From Chiloscyllium plagiosum (Eukaryota), in contig NC_057720.1 in the NCBI RefSeq assembly GCF_004010195.1, positions 32,635,046 through 32,699,045 of the forward strand: a stretch of 64,000 nt of DNA. The letters run 5' to 3'. Shown here piece by piece: positions 24,041 through 35,782 of the stretch. Position 1 is the first letter of the stretch. Each line of letters starts with the position of its first letter. The notes below the pieces were generated by a model that saw only the letters and a list, made by a program, of their open reading frames with translations, searched no databases and was not told where the DNA came from. Position numbers and translations under genes: made by a program.

Positions 24041-24240
24041 GTCGAGTGTGTTGCTGGAAAATCACAGCAGGTCAGGCAGTATCCGAGGAGCAGGAGAATC
24101 GACTTTTTGGGCTGGAATGATGAAGGGCTCCGGCCCGAAATGTCAATTTTCCTGCTCCTTGGATGCTGCCTGACCTGCTGTGCTTTTCCAGCAACACACT
24201 CTCAACTCTGATCTCCAGCATCTGCAGACCTTACTTTCTC
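24041..24240. mobile_element. Palindromic Penelope-derived mini-element, family A
   Basis: tgatgaagggctccggcccgaaatgtc; TSD gattacct(c/t)ata(t/c)a (24027-24040 / 24247-24260). Confidence 0.85.
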
Positions 24241-25451
24241 TTAGTTGATTACCTTATACAGCTCTGTGCTGGATTTGCTCAACTTTTTTAAGATCCCTTT
24301 GGCTATTTTCACTGCCACCTCAATCTTTCAATTGGTTGAAGATATTGTGGAATTGATCTATAGTGGAATTTCCTAACCCTTATGAATCAGGTGAATACTT
24401 CACTCATGAATTGAGAGTCAGTGTCACTCATCATAATGTCTGAATACCATAATGACTGAAGTGTGCTTTCAGGAATTCTACAATTTCACTAGGATTTGGT
24501 GATATCTGTTGCTCTAACTGTAGTAGTCAGATAATAATCAATAGTGACAAGATAATTAGTTCTTGAGAGAGTGAGGAGGTGTTTTGATTTGATTTTTGAT
24601 TTGGTTTATTGCTGTCACATGTACCTGAGTACAGTGCAACGTTTTGTGAGCAATAACTGGAGATCATAACGTACAAGGACACATAGGTCATTCTGTGCTT
24701 AGGCAGAGCGAGGCATACAAGGTTACGACTGCACTGAAGGTGCACAAAAGCAAGAGAAGTCTATTCAGCAGTCTAATAACAGCAGGGAAGAAATTGTTCT
24801 TGAGACTGTTGGTGCGTGTGTTCTAAATCATCTGCCTGACAGGAGGTTAGAGCTAACAGGGTGGGGTGTCTTCGATGATGTTGGAAGCCTTTCCACTGCA
24901 CCGAGAAGTGTAGATGGAGTACATGGATGGAAGGTTGACTTCTGTGATGGTCTGAGCTGTGCACACAACCTTCTGCACTTTCTTTTGGTACTGGGCAGTG
25001 CAGTTGCCTTACCAGGCTGTTATGTAAGCCTGTTTTCTATTGTGTATCTGTAAAAGTTGGTGAGGGTCCTGATGGCCATGCAGAATTTCCTAAGCCTCCT
25101 TGACCGTCACGTCTACGTGAGCGGTCCAGGACAGATTGTTGCTTAGTGTCAGTCTGAGAAACTTGATGCTCTCAATCCTCTCCATCTCCACTCTGTTGAT
25201 GTAAATAGGAACATGTCCTCCTCCTTTCTTCCTAAAATCAACAATCAGTTCTTTTGTTTTGCTAACATAGAGAGACAAATTGTCATCATTGCACCACAAC
25301 ACCAAGCAGTCTATGTCCTTCCTGTATTCTGACTCAGCATTGTTGATATCCGGGTAAAAACAATGACTGCAGATGCTGGATTAGTGGTGCTGGAAGAGCA
25401 CAGCAATTCAGGCAGCATCCGAGGACAGGCAAAATCCGAGGACAGGCAAAA

Positions 25452-25483
25452 TCGACGTTTCGGGCAAAAGCCCTTCATCAGGA
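25452..25483 (-). ncRNA. Minimal hammerhead ribozyme motif (family A)
   Basis: Minus strand UC-CUGAUGA-A-GGGC-UUUU-GCCC-GAAA-CGUC-GA: intact core, GUC cleavage triplet, palindromic ACGU stem III; stem I is very short. Confidence 0.7.
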
Positions 25484-25530
25484 ATAAAGGCAGAGAGCCT
25501 GAAGCGTGGAGAGATAAGCTAGAGGAGGGG

Positions 25531-26081
25531 TTGCTGAACAAAGAGACCTTGGAATGCAGGTTCATAGTTCCATGAAAGTAGAGTTGCAGGTAGATAGGAT
25601 AGTGAAGGCAGTGCTTCGTATGCTTTCCTTAATTGGTCAAACCATTGATTATAGGAGTTGAGAGGTCATGTTGCAGCTGTACAGGACATTGGTTAGACCG
25701 CTTTTGGAATATTGTGCGCAATTCTGGTCTCCTTCCTATCGGAAGGATGTTGTGAAACTTGAAAGGGTTCAGAAAAGATTTACAAGGATGTTGCCAGGGA
25801 TGGAGAATTTGAGCTTTAGGGAGATGCTGAATAGGCTGGGGCTGTTTTTCCTTGAGCATCAGAGGCGGAGGGGTGACCTTATAGAGGTTTATAAAATCAT
25901 GAGAGGCATGGATAGGATAAATAGACAAAGTCTTTTCCCTGGTGTGGGGGAGTCCAGAACTAGAGCGCATAGGTTTAGGGTGAGACAGGAAAGATTTTAA
26001 AGGGAATTAAGGGGCAACTTTTTCCACATAGAGGGTGGTGCGTGTGTGGAATGAGCTGGCAGAGGAAGTGGTAGAGGCTGG
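25531..26081 (+). mobile_element. CR1/HER1 LINE 3' RT fragment
   Basis: ORF 25668-26000 LYRTLVRPLLEYCAQFWSPSYRKDVVKLERVQKRFTRMLPG. Confidence 0.92.
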
Positions 26082-27458
26082 NNNNNNNNNNNNNNNNNNN
26101 NNNNNNNNNNNNNNNNNNNNNNNNNNNNNNNNNNNNNNNNNNNNNNNNNNNNNNNNNNNNNNNNNNNNNNNNNNNNNNNNNNNNNNNNNNNNNNNNNNNN
26201 NNNNNNNNNNNNNNNNNNNNNNNNNNNNNNNNNNNNNNNNNNNNNNNNNNNNNNNNNNNNNNNNNNNNNNNNNNNNNNNNNNNNNNNNNNNNNNNNNNNN
26301 NNNNNNNNNNNNNNNNNNNNNNNNNNNNNNNNNNNNNNNNNNNNNNNNNNNNNNNNNNNNNNNNNNNNNNNNNNNNNNNNNNNNNNNNNNNNNNNNNNNN
26401 NNNNNNNNNNNNNNNNNNNNNNNNNNNNNNNNNNNNNNNNNNNNNNNNNNNNNNNNNNNNNNNNNNNNNNNNNNNNNNNNNNNNNNNNNNNNNNNNNNNN
26501 NNNNNNNNNNNNNNNNNNNNNNNNNNNNNNNNNNNNNNNNNNNNNNNNNNNNNNNNNNNNNNNNNNNNNNNNNNNNNNNNNNNNNNNNNNNNNNNNNNNN
26601 NNNNNNNNNNNNNNNNNNNNNNNNNNNNNNNNNNNNNNNNNNNNNNNNNNNNNNNNNNNNNNNNNNNNNNNNNNNNNNNNNNNNNNNNNNNNNNNNNNNN
26701 NNNNNNNNNNNNNNNNNNNNNNNNNNNTCCCCTTGACTTGTCCGGACTTGTCCGACCTGCCCAGCTCCTTTTCCACCTATCCACTCCACCCTCTCCTCCC
26801 TGACCTATCACCTTCATCTCCTCCCCCACTGACCTATTGTACTCTATGCTACTCTCTCCCCACCCCCACCCTCCTCTAGCTTATCTCTCCACGCTTCAGG
26901 CTCTCTGCCTTTATTCCTGATGAAGGATTGTTGATATCCAGCCTACAAGATGGTGTCATCAGCAAACTTGTAGATGGCATTCATTTAAAATTTGGTTACA
27001 CAGCCATGTGCGTACAGGGAGTGCAGTAAGGGGCTGAGTACACATCGTTGTGGGACATTGATATTGAGGATTATCATGGAGGACATGCTGTTGGCTGTCT
27101 TCACTGATTACATTCTGTGGGCAAGGAAGCTGAGGATCCAATTGCAGAGGACAGAGCCGGGATCTAGGTCATGGAGTTTTGAGATTAATCTCGTAGGGAT
27201 CATGATGTTGAAGGCGAAGCTATAGTCGATGAGTAGGAGCTTAACGTAGGTGTCTTTGTTATCCAGACGCTCCAGGGATGACTACAGGGCTAGGGAAACA
27301 GCATCCGCTGTGGACCTGTTCATCGGTAGGCAAATTGCAGGGGATTGTGATAGGCTGGGAGGTTAGAGCTATGTGGGCCATGACCAACCGCTTGAAGCAC
27401 TTCATGAATATGGAGGTCGCAGCCACAGGGTAGTAGTCATTGAGGCACATTGCCATGT

Positions 27459-27872
27459 TTAGAGGGTTTGAGCTGTGGGGAGAGCCTGAATAGGCTGGGA
27501 ATGTTTTCCCTGGAGTGTCAGAGACTGAGGGGTGACCTTATGGAGGTTTATAAAATTATGAGGGGCATGGATAGGCTAAATAGACAAGTCCTTTCCCTGG
27601 GGTGGGGGAGTCCAGATTAGAGGGCATAGGTTTAGGGTGAGAGGGGGAAGATTTAAAAGGGACCTAAGGGTGGTGCATGTTTGGAATGAGCTGTCAGAGG
27701 ATGTGATGGAGTCTGATACAATGAAAACATTTAAAAAGCATCTGGAGGGTACGTGAATAGGAACGATTTGGAGGGATATGGGCCAAGTGCTGATGAATGG
27801 GACTAGATTAATTTAGATATCTGGTCGGTATAGACAAGTTGAATAGAAGTGTCCGTGCTGTACATCTCTATG
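27459..27872 (+). mobile_element. CR1/HER1 LINE 3' fragment inserted in Rex1
   Basis: gactgaggggtgaccttatggaggtttataaaat...gctgtacatctctatg. Confidence 0.88.
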
Positions 27873-28784
27873 ACATTACTTGTTTTCTTTGGTACAGGGA
27901 TGATGGTCATCTCCAAATTTCATCATCTGTGATGTCATGTGTCATAAGTGTCTCTTGATCTTACTCAGATTGATGCTCATTACAGGCACTGGATTGGCTG
28001 ATGTGGTCCTTAATCTCATGCTAATGCTTGGCCAGCAGAGCACTTCTCATACCAACTTCAGGTTAGGTTAAATTTGTTGATGTCTTGTATGGATGCATTT
28101 CTGCACCTCCTTTCTCATCTCCTTAGGGATAGTGATGCAACTTCCATTGCACAAAATCACTTAATCTCTGTATGCCCAATGCTGGTCGATAGCAACAGGT
28201 GAGACCTTGATGCTTTCAGGCCATCTTTTCATCACTAGCTCCCGCAGCAATTTGAGGCTTGCAGTTTGTTTACTTGAGTTGAGTAAGATGCCCATCTATC
28301 AGATTCAATGCCCTTGCTGAGTTTTACACCACGTCAAGCTATTACTCCTTGATGAGTCGAGAAGATACACAATTTGTCTTAGAATTTTCAACTTTTTTCA
28401 TAGGGGGTGCTGCTCTTGACAGCATTTGAACACTGTACATCTGTTTCTTGTACTTGTACGCAACATCCAAATGACATGTCTGCAAATTAAATCACATTCT
28501 TTACAGATGCTTTGGAGCAGATACAAGCAATTTGAAGAAGAAGCCTTGAAATTGTGTGTGGTCAAACTCCAATGCCGCTTTGTCACTCCCAAACTGGTAT
28601 TGATTAAAATACTCACAGGCAAAGACAATAGCCTGGCACTGTTTTTCTAAGCAGAGCATCATTCAGTTTGCACTAATGTCCCAAATACAAATGCAACTAC
28701 TTGTCTTTGATTCTTCAAAGATTAACTCTGTTTCTTTCTCCACAGATACTACCTGCGGTTTTCTCCAGCATGTTTTGTTTTCAT

Positions 28785-29078
28785 GGGGCAGCGCGGTGGC
28801 TCAGTGGTTAGCACTCCTGCCTCACAGCACCAGGGTCCCAGGTTCAATTCCAGCCTCGGGCAACTGTCCGTTTTGAGTTTGCACATTCTCCCAATGTCTG
28901 CGTGTGTTTCCTCCCACTGTCCAAAGATGTGCAGGTTAGGTGAATTGGCATGCTAAATTGCCCATAGTGTTAGGTGCATTAGTCAGAGGGAAATGGATCT
29001 GGGTGGGTTGCTCTTCGGAGGGTTGGTGTGGACTTATTGGGCTGAAGGGCCTGTTTCCACACTGTAGGGAATCTAATC
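28785..29078 (+). mobile_element. HE1-type V-SINE (inside a family B arm, ~28705-29115)
   Basis: ggggcagcgcggtggctcagtggttagcac...gggcctgtttccacactgtagggaatctaatc. Confidence 0.92.
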
Positions 29079-30429
29079 ATTTCATATTTCTGTGATCTGT
29101 AGTATTTTGCTTTTATTCGAGTAGTCTGAAAACTGCTGTTTTCATCCACGTTCACCTGCCAGTAGCAATCCTCCACTTCGAGGGTTGTAAAGCTCATTGC
29201 TTTGGCAAGTTGTGGCAAAATGCCTTCAATGGTTGGCATGTGGTAATGGAATTTCTTCAGTACTTTATTGAGATCCCTTAGAACTATGCATGCTCTCAGT
29301 TTTCCAGGATTTTTTACTGTTATCATGCTACTAATCCAGTGTGTAGGAGTTGTCACTTTCTTGACTACATCCTTTTTCAGCTCTTCTCTCTTGGCTTTCA
29401 GATTGGACATGAGGGCAGCTGGGACTCTCCTCAGCAGTTGCTGAGATGGTCTCACAATTTCATCTACTTTAAGATGTTATTCATAAGGAAGATCCTCAGG
29501 ACCTGTAAAAATATCTTTCTGCTGTTCTAGGATCAATTTGGCAGTCCATTTCTTAGTGACCTGGGAAACGTTGCAAACCCTAACCCTATGGTTAGGGTTA
29601 ATAGTCCAAGTTCCAGACTTTCTTTGGCTGAGGGAGTGAATTTTGCTTAATATCTAGAATCTGAAACTCCAGGTCATCATTCTGGTCATTACATTGGGCT
29701 CTCAGCTTAGATGCCCCTCATGGCATTTTGTTCAATCACAGAGCCTTAACTTTGCCTTTGAGGATTTCCTTTTAGCATCACCTACCTGAAGCATTTTGCA
29801 CAGCTCTGTGAAGCTCACATTATTGCACAAAGCAGCATTTGATGGTTCACATTTATGTGATGCTCTTATTCTGCAGTCATAATTCTAACCGTCACAAACC
29901 ATGAGTCATTTTAGACTTGACGATGCCAACATGCATAGTGTGAAGTGATGTATCTGACATCTCTGCAGTGGCCAGCTTTATTGTCTTTCTTTGATTCCTA
30001 CTAGTTAAATAATTGATTCAGCATCCTTTACTTAAAACACAGCTTTCCCCACACTTCATTTTCTTTTATGTGTTCTCCTCTGCAATATTTACATCGTGTC
30101 CTCTCACCTTGATTTATCTACTGGCTTTTCTGCAAATATTTCTGCCTTTTCTCAACCTGTTGCACTCATTCAACCTAGAATATTTCTCAGTCTAATGCAA
30201 ATCCTTCTCTGTCCTCCAATTAATTTGTTCTAGTTCATGATTGACAATCACAATGTTTCTGCACACATCAATAGCTTTCAGGAAAATTAGTTTCTCCTCT
30301 GTCAGCAGCTATGTTCCCACTGCAGGATCCCTGATGCTTAAGACAATCCTATATCAATTGTAGAAACTCTCAAGATGTGGCTAGGTATATCAGTGGAGTG
30401 CAGTGCAGTGTGATCAATCATCTCTCTAA

Positions 30430-31035
30430 GAGCATAGGAACAGGAGAACAATCCTTGAGCCCATTCCACCATTCAATGAGATTAAAGCTGATCTGCGACC
30501 TAACTCCATTTACCTGCCTTTGCACCATATCCCTGAATACCTATCACACAGATAAAACTGATCCTGTGTCCACTGCCATTTGTGGAAGAGAGTTCCAAAC
30601 AGCTGTGACCCTTTGCGTGTAGAATTGCGTCCTAACGTCTCTCTGAAATGGTCTGTCCCAGATTCTCAGACTATGCCCTTCAGTTCTAGAATCCCCAACT
30701 AGTGGAAACATTTATCTTTATCTACCCTGTCTTTTCCTGTTAATATCTTGAAAACTTCAATCAGATCACCCTTTAAGCTTTTAAAAACTAGAGAAAACAG
30801 GCCTAATTTGTGTATCTCTCCTTATGACTTAACCCCTGTAGTCCATGTATCATTTGTGCTCCCCTCCAAGGTCAATTCATCCTTCTTAGGTTATGCCTTC
30901 CCAGATCTGCTCACAGTACTCTGAGTGAGGGCTAACCAGGGTTTTGTATGACTGCACTATAACTCCTGCATCCTTGTACTCTAGCCCTCTTCATATAAAG
31001 GCCAGCATTCAATTAGCTTTCTTGATTATTTTCTT
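30430..31035 (-). mobile_element. CR1 LINE 3' fragment (older subfamily)
   Basis: cataggaacaggag tail and decayed RT C-terminus on the minus strand. Confidence 0.7.
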
Positions 31036-31807
31036 TGACCTGACCTTTGATGTTGAACACATACTGTTTGTAGTTAACATTGGTAGGGGGTTCCAAATGT
31101 GTCATCAAAGCTTTCAGAATTGCTACAATCTGACTTTTCAGTTCCTCAGTGAGCTCGAGGGTGCAATCCAGCATGTAGCATTCTTACCCTAGCACTCCTA
31201 GCAGGATTGCATTCCTTGTATGTTCAGATTTTGTAATTAATTCTATAACTGTTATCACAAGTTTGCTGCTGAGAATGGAAGATGTTCCAATTCAGTTTTC
31301 GATCTCTTTTCATTTCCTCAATAGTAGGGAATGTAAAATGCACAGCTATTTTGACTTACTCAGTAATTCAAAGTTGGAGGGTTTTTTTTGTGAAGTTCTT
31401 TCTATCAATAGCTGGTTCTGTTTGTGCTGTTAAAGTCCATATATTTTCAGCTGCTCCACTCCAACGCCATGTCCCAAGTGATGTATCTTTAATGGTTGTC
31501 ACAGATTGCACAATAAAACACTTAATGAAGAGGTAGTGGTCACATGCATGCTGCAAGCTAACCAGTATGCAATGGTACCGTTGCAATTCTTAGAACATAG
31601 GCAACTTTACTTTGAATTTACCTTGAACTGTAATGGCCTCCATCCAAGAATGAAGAAAATTCCCAACTCAACAGCCAAGTAATAGCAAAATAATGTGGAT
31701 GCTTGAAGTCTGAAACAAACATCGAAAATGTGGGAGAAACTCAGTAGGTCTGGCAGCATTTGAGTTTTAATTCCAACATGACTCTTATAAAGACAAACTT
31801 GATAAGA

Positions 31808-32795
31808 AGTGTCATACTGTATGGAAACAGACCCTTCGGTCCAACTTGTCTGTGCCAACCAGACATCCCAATCTGACCTAGTCCCATTTGCCAGCATTTG
31901 GCCCATATCTCTCCAAACACTATCTTATTCATGTACCCATCTAAATGCTATTTAAATGTTTCAATTGTACTAGCCTCCACCACTTCCTCTGGCAGCTCGT
32001 TTCACACACGTACCACCCTCTGTGTGAACAAGTTACCCCTCAGGTCCTTTCTAAATCTTTCCCCTCTTAGCTTTTGGACTTCCCTATCCTGGGAAAAAGA
32101 AATTGATCATTTATTCTATCCATGGCTCGCATGATTTTATAAACCACTGGAAGATCATCCCTCAGCCTCTGAAACTCCAGGGAAAAAAGACCCTGTGTTA
32201 TTCAGTCTCTCCCTATGACTCAAACCCTCCAGTCCTGGCTGTATCCTTGTCCGTCTTTTCTGTGCCTTCTAAAGTTTTAACAACATCATTCCTATAGAAG
32301 GGCAACCAGAACTGTATGCAGTATTCTAAAAGTGGCCTCTCAATGGTCCTGTACAACTGCAATATGACATCCTAACTCCTATACTCAATGTTCTGACCAA
32401 TAAAGGCAAGCGTGCCAAACATCTTCTCCACCACCCTGTCTACCTGTGACTCCACTTTCAAGGGTCTATGCACCTGCATCCCTAGGTCTCTTTGTTCAGC
32501 AACACTCCCCAGGGCTCTACAATTAACTGTACAAGTTCTGCCATGGTTTGCCTTACCGACATGCAACACTTCACAATTATCTAAATTAAACTCCAGCTCA
32601 GGCCATTGGCCTATCTGATCAAGGCATTCTGAGATAATCTTCTTCACTGTCCACTACACCACCTATTTTGGCGTCCTCTGTAAACTTACTAACTATATCT
32701 CCTACATTCACATCCAAATCATTTAAATTAATAATGAAAAGCAGTGGACCCAGTACCAGTCCTTGTGGCATAGGTCACAGGCTTCCAGTCCGAAA
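31808..32795 (-). mobile_element. CR1/HER1 LINE 3' fragment
   Basis: Minus ORF EFNLDNCEVLHVGKANHGRTCTVN..RDLGMQVHRPLKV. Confidence 0.9.
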
Positions 32796-32862
32796 AGCTG
32801 ATAAGTTTTATCTTTTAGAGGGGTGGGCGTTTAGGGAACAGATGTCCCAGCGCAACAGACAA

Positions 32863-32968
32863 AGTTCTGAAGAAGGGTCACTGGACTTGAAACGTTAACT
32901 CCGATTTCTCTCCACAGATGCTGCCAGACCTGCTGAGTTTCGCCAGCAATCCCCTGTCCTTGTTTCAA
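32863..32968 (+). ncRNA. Family B pLTR arm with minimal hammerhead motif (32863-32900)
   Basis: AGUU-CUGAAGA-A-GGGUC-ACUG-GACUU-GAAA-CGUU-AACU: stem I AGUU/AACU, stem II with wobble pairs, ACGU stem III. Confidence 0.72.
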
Positions 32969-33149
32969 AAGGTGAAGTGGTTGTTAATGGTGATGAAAGA
33001 GAGAGCGATGTAAATTGGGTGTAAATTCAAGGGAGAGAATGGGTTCTCTTTACTGAGAGCAATGATAAAGGCGGGTGGGGGTTAGCAGCATGAGAATTTA
33101 AGGGCAAGGGAGAAGAGACATCATGCAGTCAGCCTCTGAATTTGTGGAA

Positions 33150-34330
33150 TGTAATGTTGAGACTTTGAGGCTATAAAGTGCCCAAGCAGAAAATTAGGCA
33201 TTGTTCTTTGAACTTGCATTGTGCTTCATTGGAACATTGCAGCAGGCCCAGGAGTGAAATGTTGGCATGAAGGCAAGCTGTTTTATTGAAATGCCGAGCA
33301 ATTTGGAGGTCAGGGTCATTCCTACGACAAAGCAAAGGTGTCCCATGAAAGTGATCATGCAGTCACTATTTGGTCTTTGCCACTGTAAAGGAGACCACAT
33401 TGTGAGCAGTGAATGTTGTTGACGAGATTGAAAGAAGTATAAGTGAAACACTGGTTTGCCTGGAAGGTTTGATTTGGGCTTGAACAGTGAGGAGGTGAAT
33501 GAGCAAGTGTTACGTCATTTGCAATTGTATGGGAAGGTGGCATGGGGAGTGAGGAAGTGTCAGGACTGATGGAGGAGTAGTCCAGGATATCACAGAGTGA
33601 ACGATTCCTGCATAATTCTGACAGTGGGGGGGAGGGGACTGGAAGGTGATCCTTTGAGGAAGGAGACTGATGGTGCAGAAAGTTAGGGCAGGGAGAATTC
33701 TAGCATTGATTAGATTAGATTAGATTAGATTAGATTAGATTAGATTAGATTAGATTAGATTACTTACAGTGTGGAAACAGGCTCTTCAGCACAACAAGTC
33801 CACACCGACCCTCCGAAGAGCAACCCACCCAGACCCATCTCCCTCTGACTAATGCACCTAACACTATGAGTAATTTAGCATGGCCAATTCACCGGACTGT
33901 GGGAGGAAACCAGAGCACCCGGAGGAAGCCCATGCAGACACGGGGAGAATGTGCAAACGCCACACAGACAGTCGCTTGAGGTGGGAATTGAACCCGGGTC
34001 TCTGGCGCTGTGAGGCAACAATGCTAACCACTGTGCCACCGTGCCGCGTTGTTCTGGGAAGAAGGCAGCATGAAGGCAGAGATGTGGGAGATGGGTCAGA
34101 CATGGCTGATGATCTTGTCAATCACTGTGGGGGAGGAACTCCTTGGTTAAGGAGAAAGGAGGTGACATTGGTGGCAGTCCATTGGATAGTGACACCATCG
34201 GAATAAATTTAACGGAGATGGAAAAGCTGGGGTAAAGGAATGCAATCCTTGCAGGAAGCAAGAGTGTGAGAAGGTGGACTTCAGGTAACTGTGAGAGTTG
34301 ATGGGCTTGTAATGGACATTGGTGGCTCCT
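33150..34330 (-). mobile_element. Decayed Penelope-like (Neptune-type) ORF C-terminus with GIY-YIG endonuclease
   Basis: QTFQANQCFTYTSFNLVNNIHCSQCGLLYSGK resembles the PLE motif FTCTSxNLVYCIxCxxCGLLYIGET; interrupted by an HE1 SINE. Confidence 0.75.
33707..34047 (-). mobile_element. HE1-type V-SINE with expanded (TAGAT)n tail at 33707-33762
   Basis: Reverse complement of HE1; pentanucleotide microsatellite at the 3' end. Confidence 0.93.
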
Positions 34331-35642
34331 GTAGTAATGTCACATGACTGAGATGATCAATGTTGTGCACAACCAATCTTACTTTGTATTAGGTATCTGG
34401 AGACTGGAAGATTTGGGCTGCAGTGTTAGCATTCACGCTAGTGGTAACTTTTACCATTATAAAAGTGGATGTAGGAATTTATATAGGGATCTACCAGTGT
34501 AAACATATTTCAGTGGTGGAACTGGAGTCCCTCAGTTTTACATATTAACTCCTGAGTCTGTATTATAGAGAAGTGCTTTTTGCTTCCCAACATTTTGCTT
34601 AATAACCATAATTAATAAAATAAGGACAAAATGTACCATTTTAAAAATGGGGACTGTACAACAGCTACATTCCATGGTCTAAAAACCATGCTGGCCTTTT
34701 ACTTGGCCTTATCTGAAATCTATGTTTAGTCCTATTTTCCCATCTGCAACGGGAGACTGGCCAATGAAGACACAAATTAATTATTGAGAGATTTCTGAGG
34801 TGGAAATTAAATCAAACCAGAGTCTACATTCAAGTTGCTTTTATCAGTCACTTGAACATCTGCCCTCTGTGCATGAAGTCCATCACTGAGAAAAAAAGTA
34901 TCCATCATTAGTAGAAGCGTAAAGTTTTACCGAAAAAATGCAAAGATAAACTGAAAAAGCGAAAACATCAAGATGCATTGAAACTCAAAACCAATCTATT
35001 CTGCCCACTAGACCTGACATCTGTCAATACGAAGCAGAATCATATATTTCTGGAGCTCCATATTTCTGGATTGTGTACTTAGACAGAAACACAAAATTGC
35101 ATGAATTTACACGAAACCATGAAAAATTATCAGTTATTGTTATAATTGTTTTCAGTTATCTTTGCTTTCTCTTTCTCTGCGAATTTATTTTTTTTACCAC
35201 ACCTTCCTCAGCTACACGGATCGATCTCCTTCCAGACCATTGCCAAAGATTTCTCACAGTATTGGGTACACAATGCCAGCTGTTTATCCCACATTTCCTT
35301 TTTACAGCTGTGCAAACATGTGCCATGTCAATGTGATATTCAGTTTTTTTCATCATGCAACTTTATTTCAAATGTCTTAACTACATTTGTAAACAAAGAA
35401 TTATACTATTTAACAACATTCTCTTTTGATTTTACACCCTTCCTAACACTAACACAGCCTTCACCAGCCCTTTCATGTTCAGCCCCAGCCCAATTCATTT
35501 TCTGCAATAAGGACTCCGTATGCATGACAGACTCTTCGCAGAATTTCCACTCCACCAGAAAGATGCCATTAATGCAAATGAGAAGACACTAATGGTGCTG
35601 TAGCAGGGATTCTGAAGCAGAATATGCAGTGAGGAACATTGG

Positions 35643-35782
35643 GAGAAAGTGAGGACTGCAGATGCTGGAGATCAGAGTCAAAGAGTGTGGTGCTGGAAAA
35701 GCACAGCCGGTCAGGCAGTATCCGAGAGAGCAGGCGAATCCTGATTTCTGATGAAGAACTTACGCTCGAAACGCTGACTCTC
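35643..35782. mobile_element. Penelope-derived mini-element, family A (long antisense arm, short sense arm)
   Basis: ctgatgaagaacttacgctcgaaacg; perfect 16-bp TSD cagtgaggaacattgg (35627-35642 / 35783-35798). Confidence 0.88.

Larger units (their letters stand above)
25352..26926. mobile_element. Young Penelope-derived element (family A variant) with inverted ends, spanning a gap and a CR1 fragment
   Basis: ~25472-25529 is the exact reverse complement of ~26869-26926. Perfect 13-bp TSD attgttgatatcc (25339-25351 / 26927-26939). Confidence 0.85.
24585..27912 (-). mobile_element. Rex1/Babar-clade LINE, interrupted by PLE and CR1 insertions
   Basis: WCNDDNLSLYVSKTKELIVDFRKK...IKFLRLTLSNNLSWTAH and [21 protein letters not shown] are Rex1-type RT motifs; (aatcaa)-like tail near 24585-24605. 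Confidence 0.85.
23330..30380 (-). mobile_element. Old Gypsy (Mag-like) pol relic split by nested insertions; boundaries approximate
   Basis: RT ORF 28979-29455 (VTTPTHWISSMITVKNPGKLRACIVLRDLNKVLKKFHYHMPTIEGILPQL). Integrase core at ~24395-24478 (LKAHFSHYGI/DIMMSDTDSQFMSEVF), downstream on the same strand. Confidence 0.7.

Noticed and set aside
25975..26829. Long ORFs of 233-284 aa
   Set aside because: Gap artefacts spanning 26082-26727.
33707..33762. Regular short repeats that might suggest a CRISPR-like array
   Set aside because: Simple (TAGAT)n SINE tail with no spacers; vertebrate DNA.
35073..35592. Overlapping ORFs up to 148 aa
   Set aside because: Phe/Ser-rich compositional ORFs with no recognisable domain.
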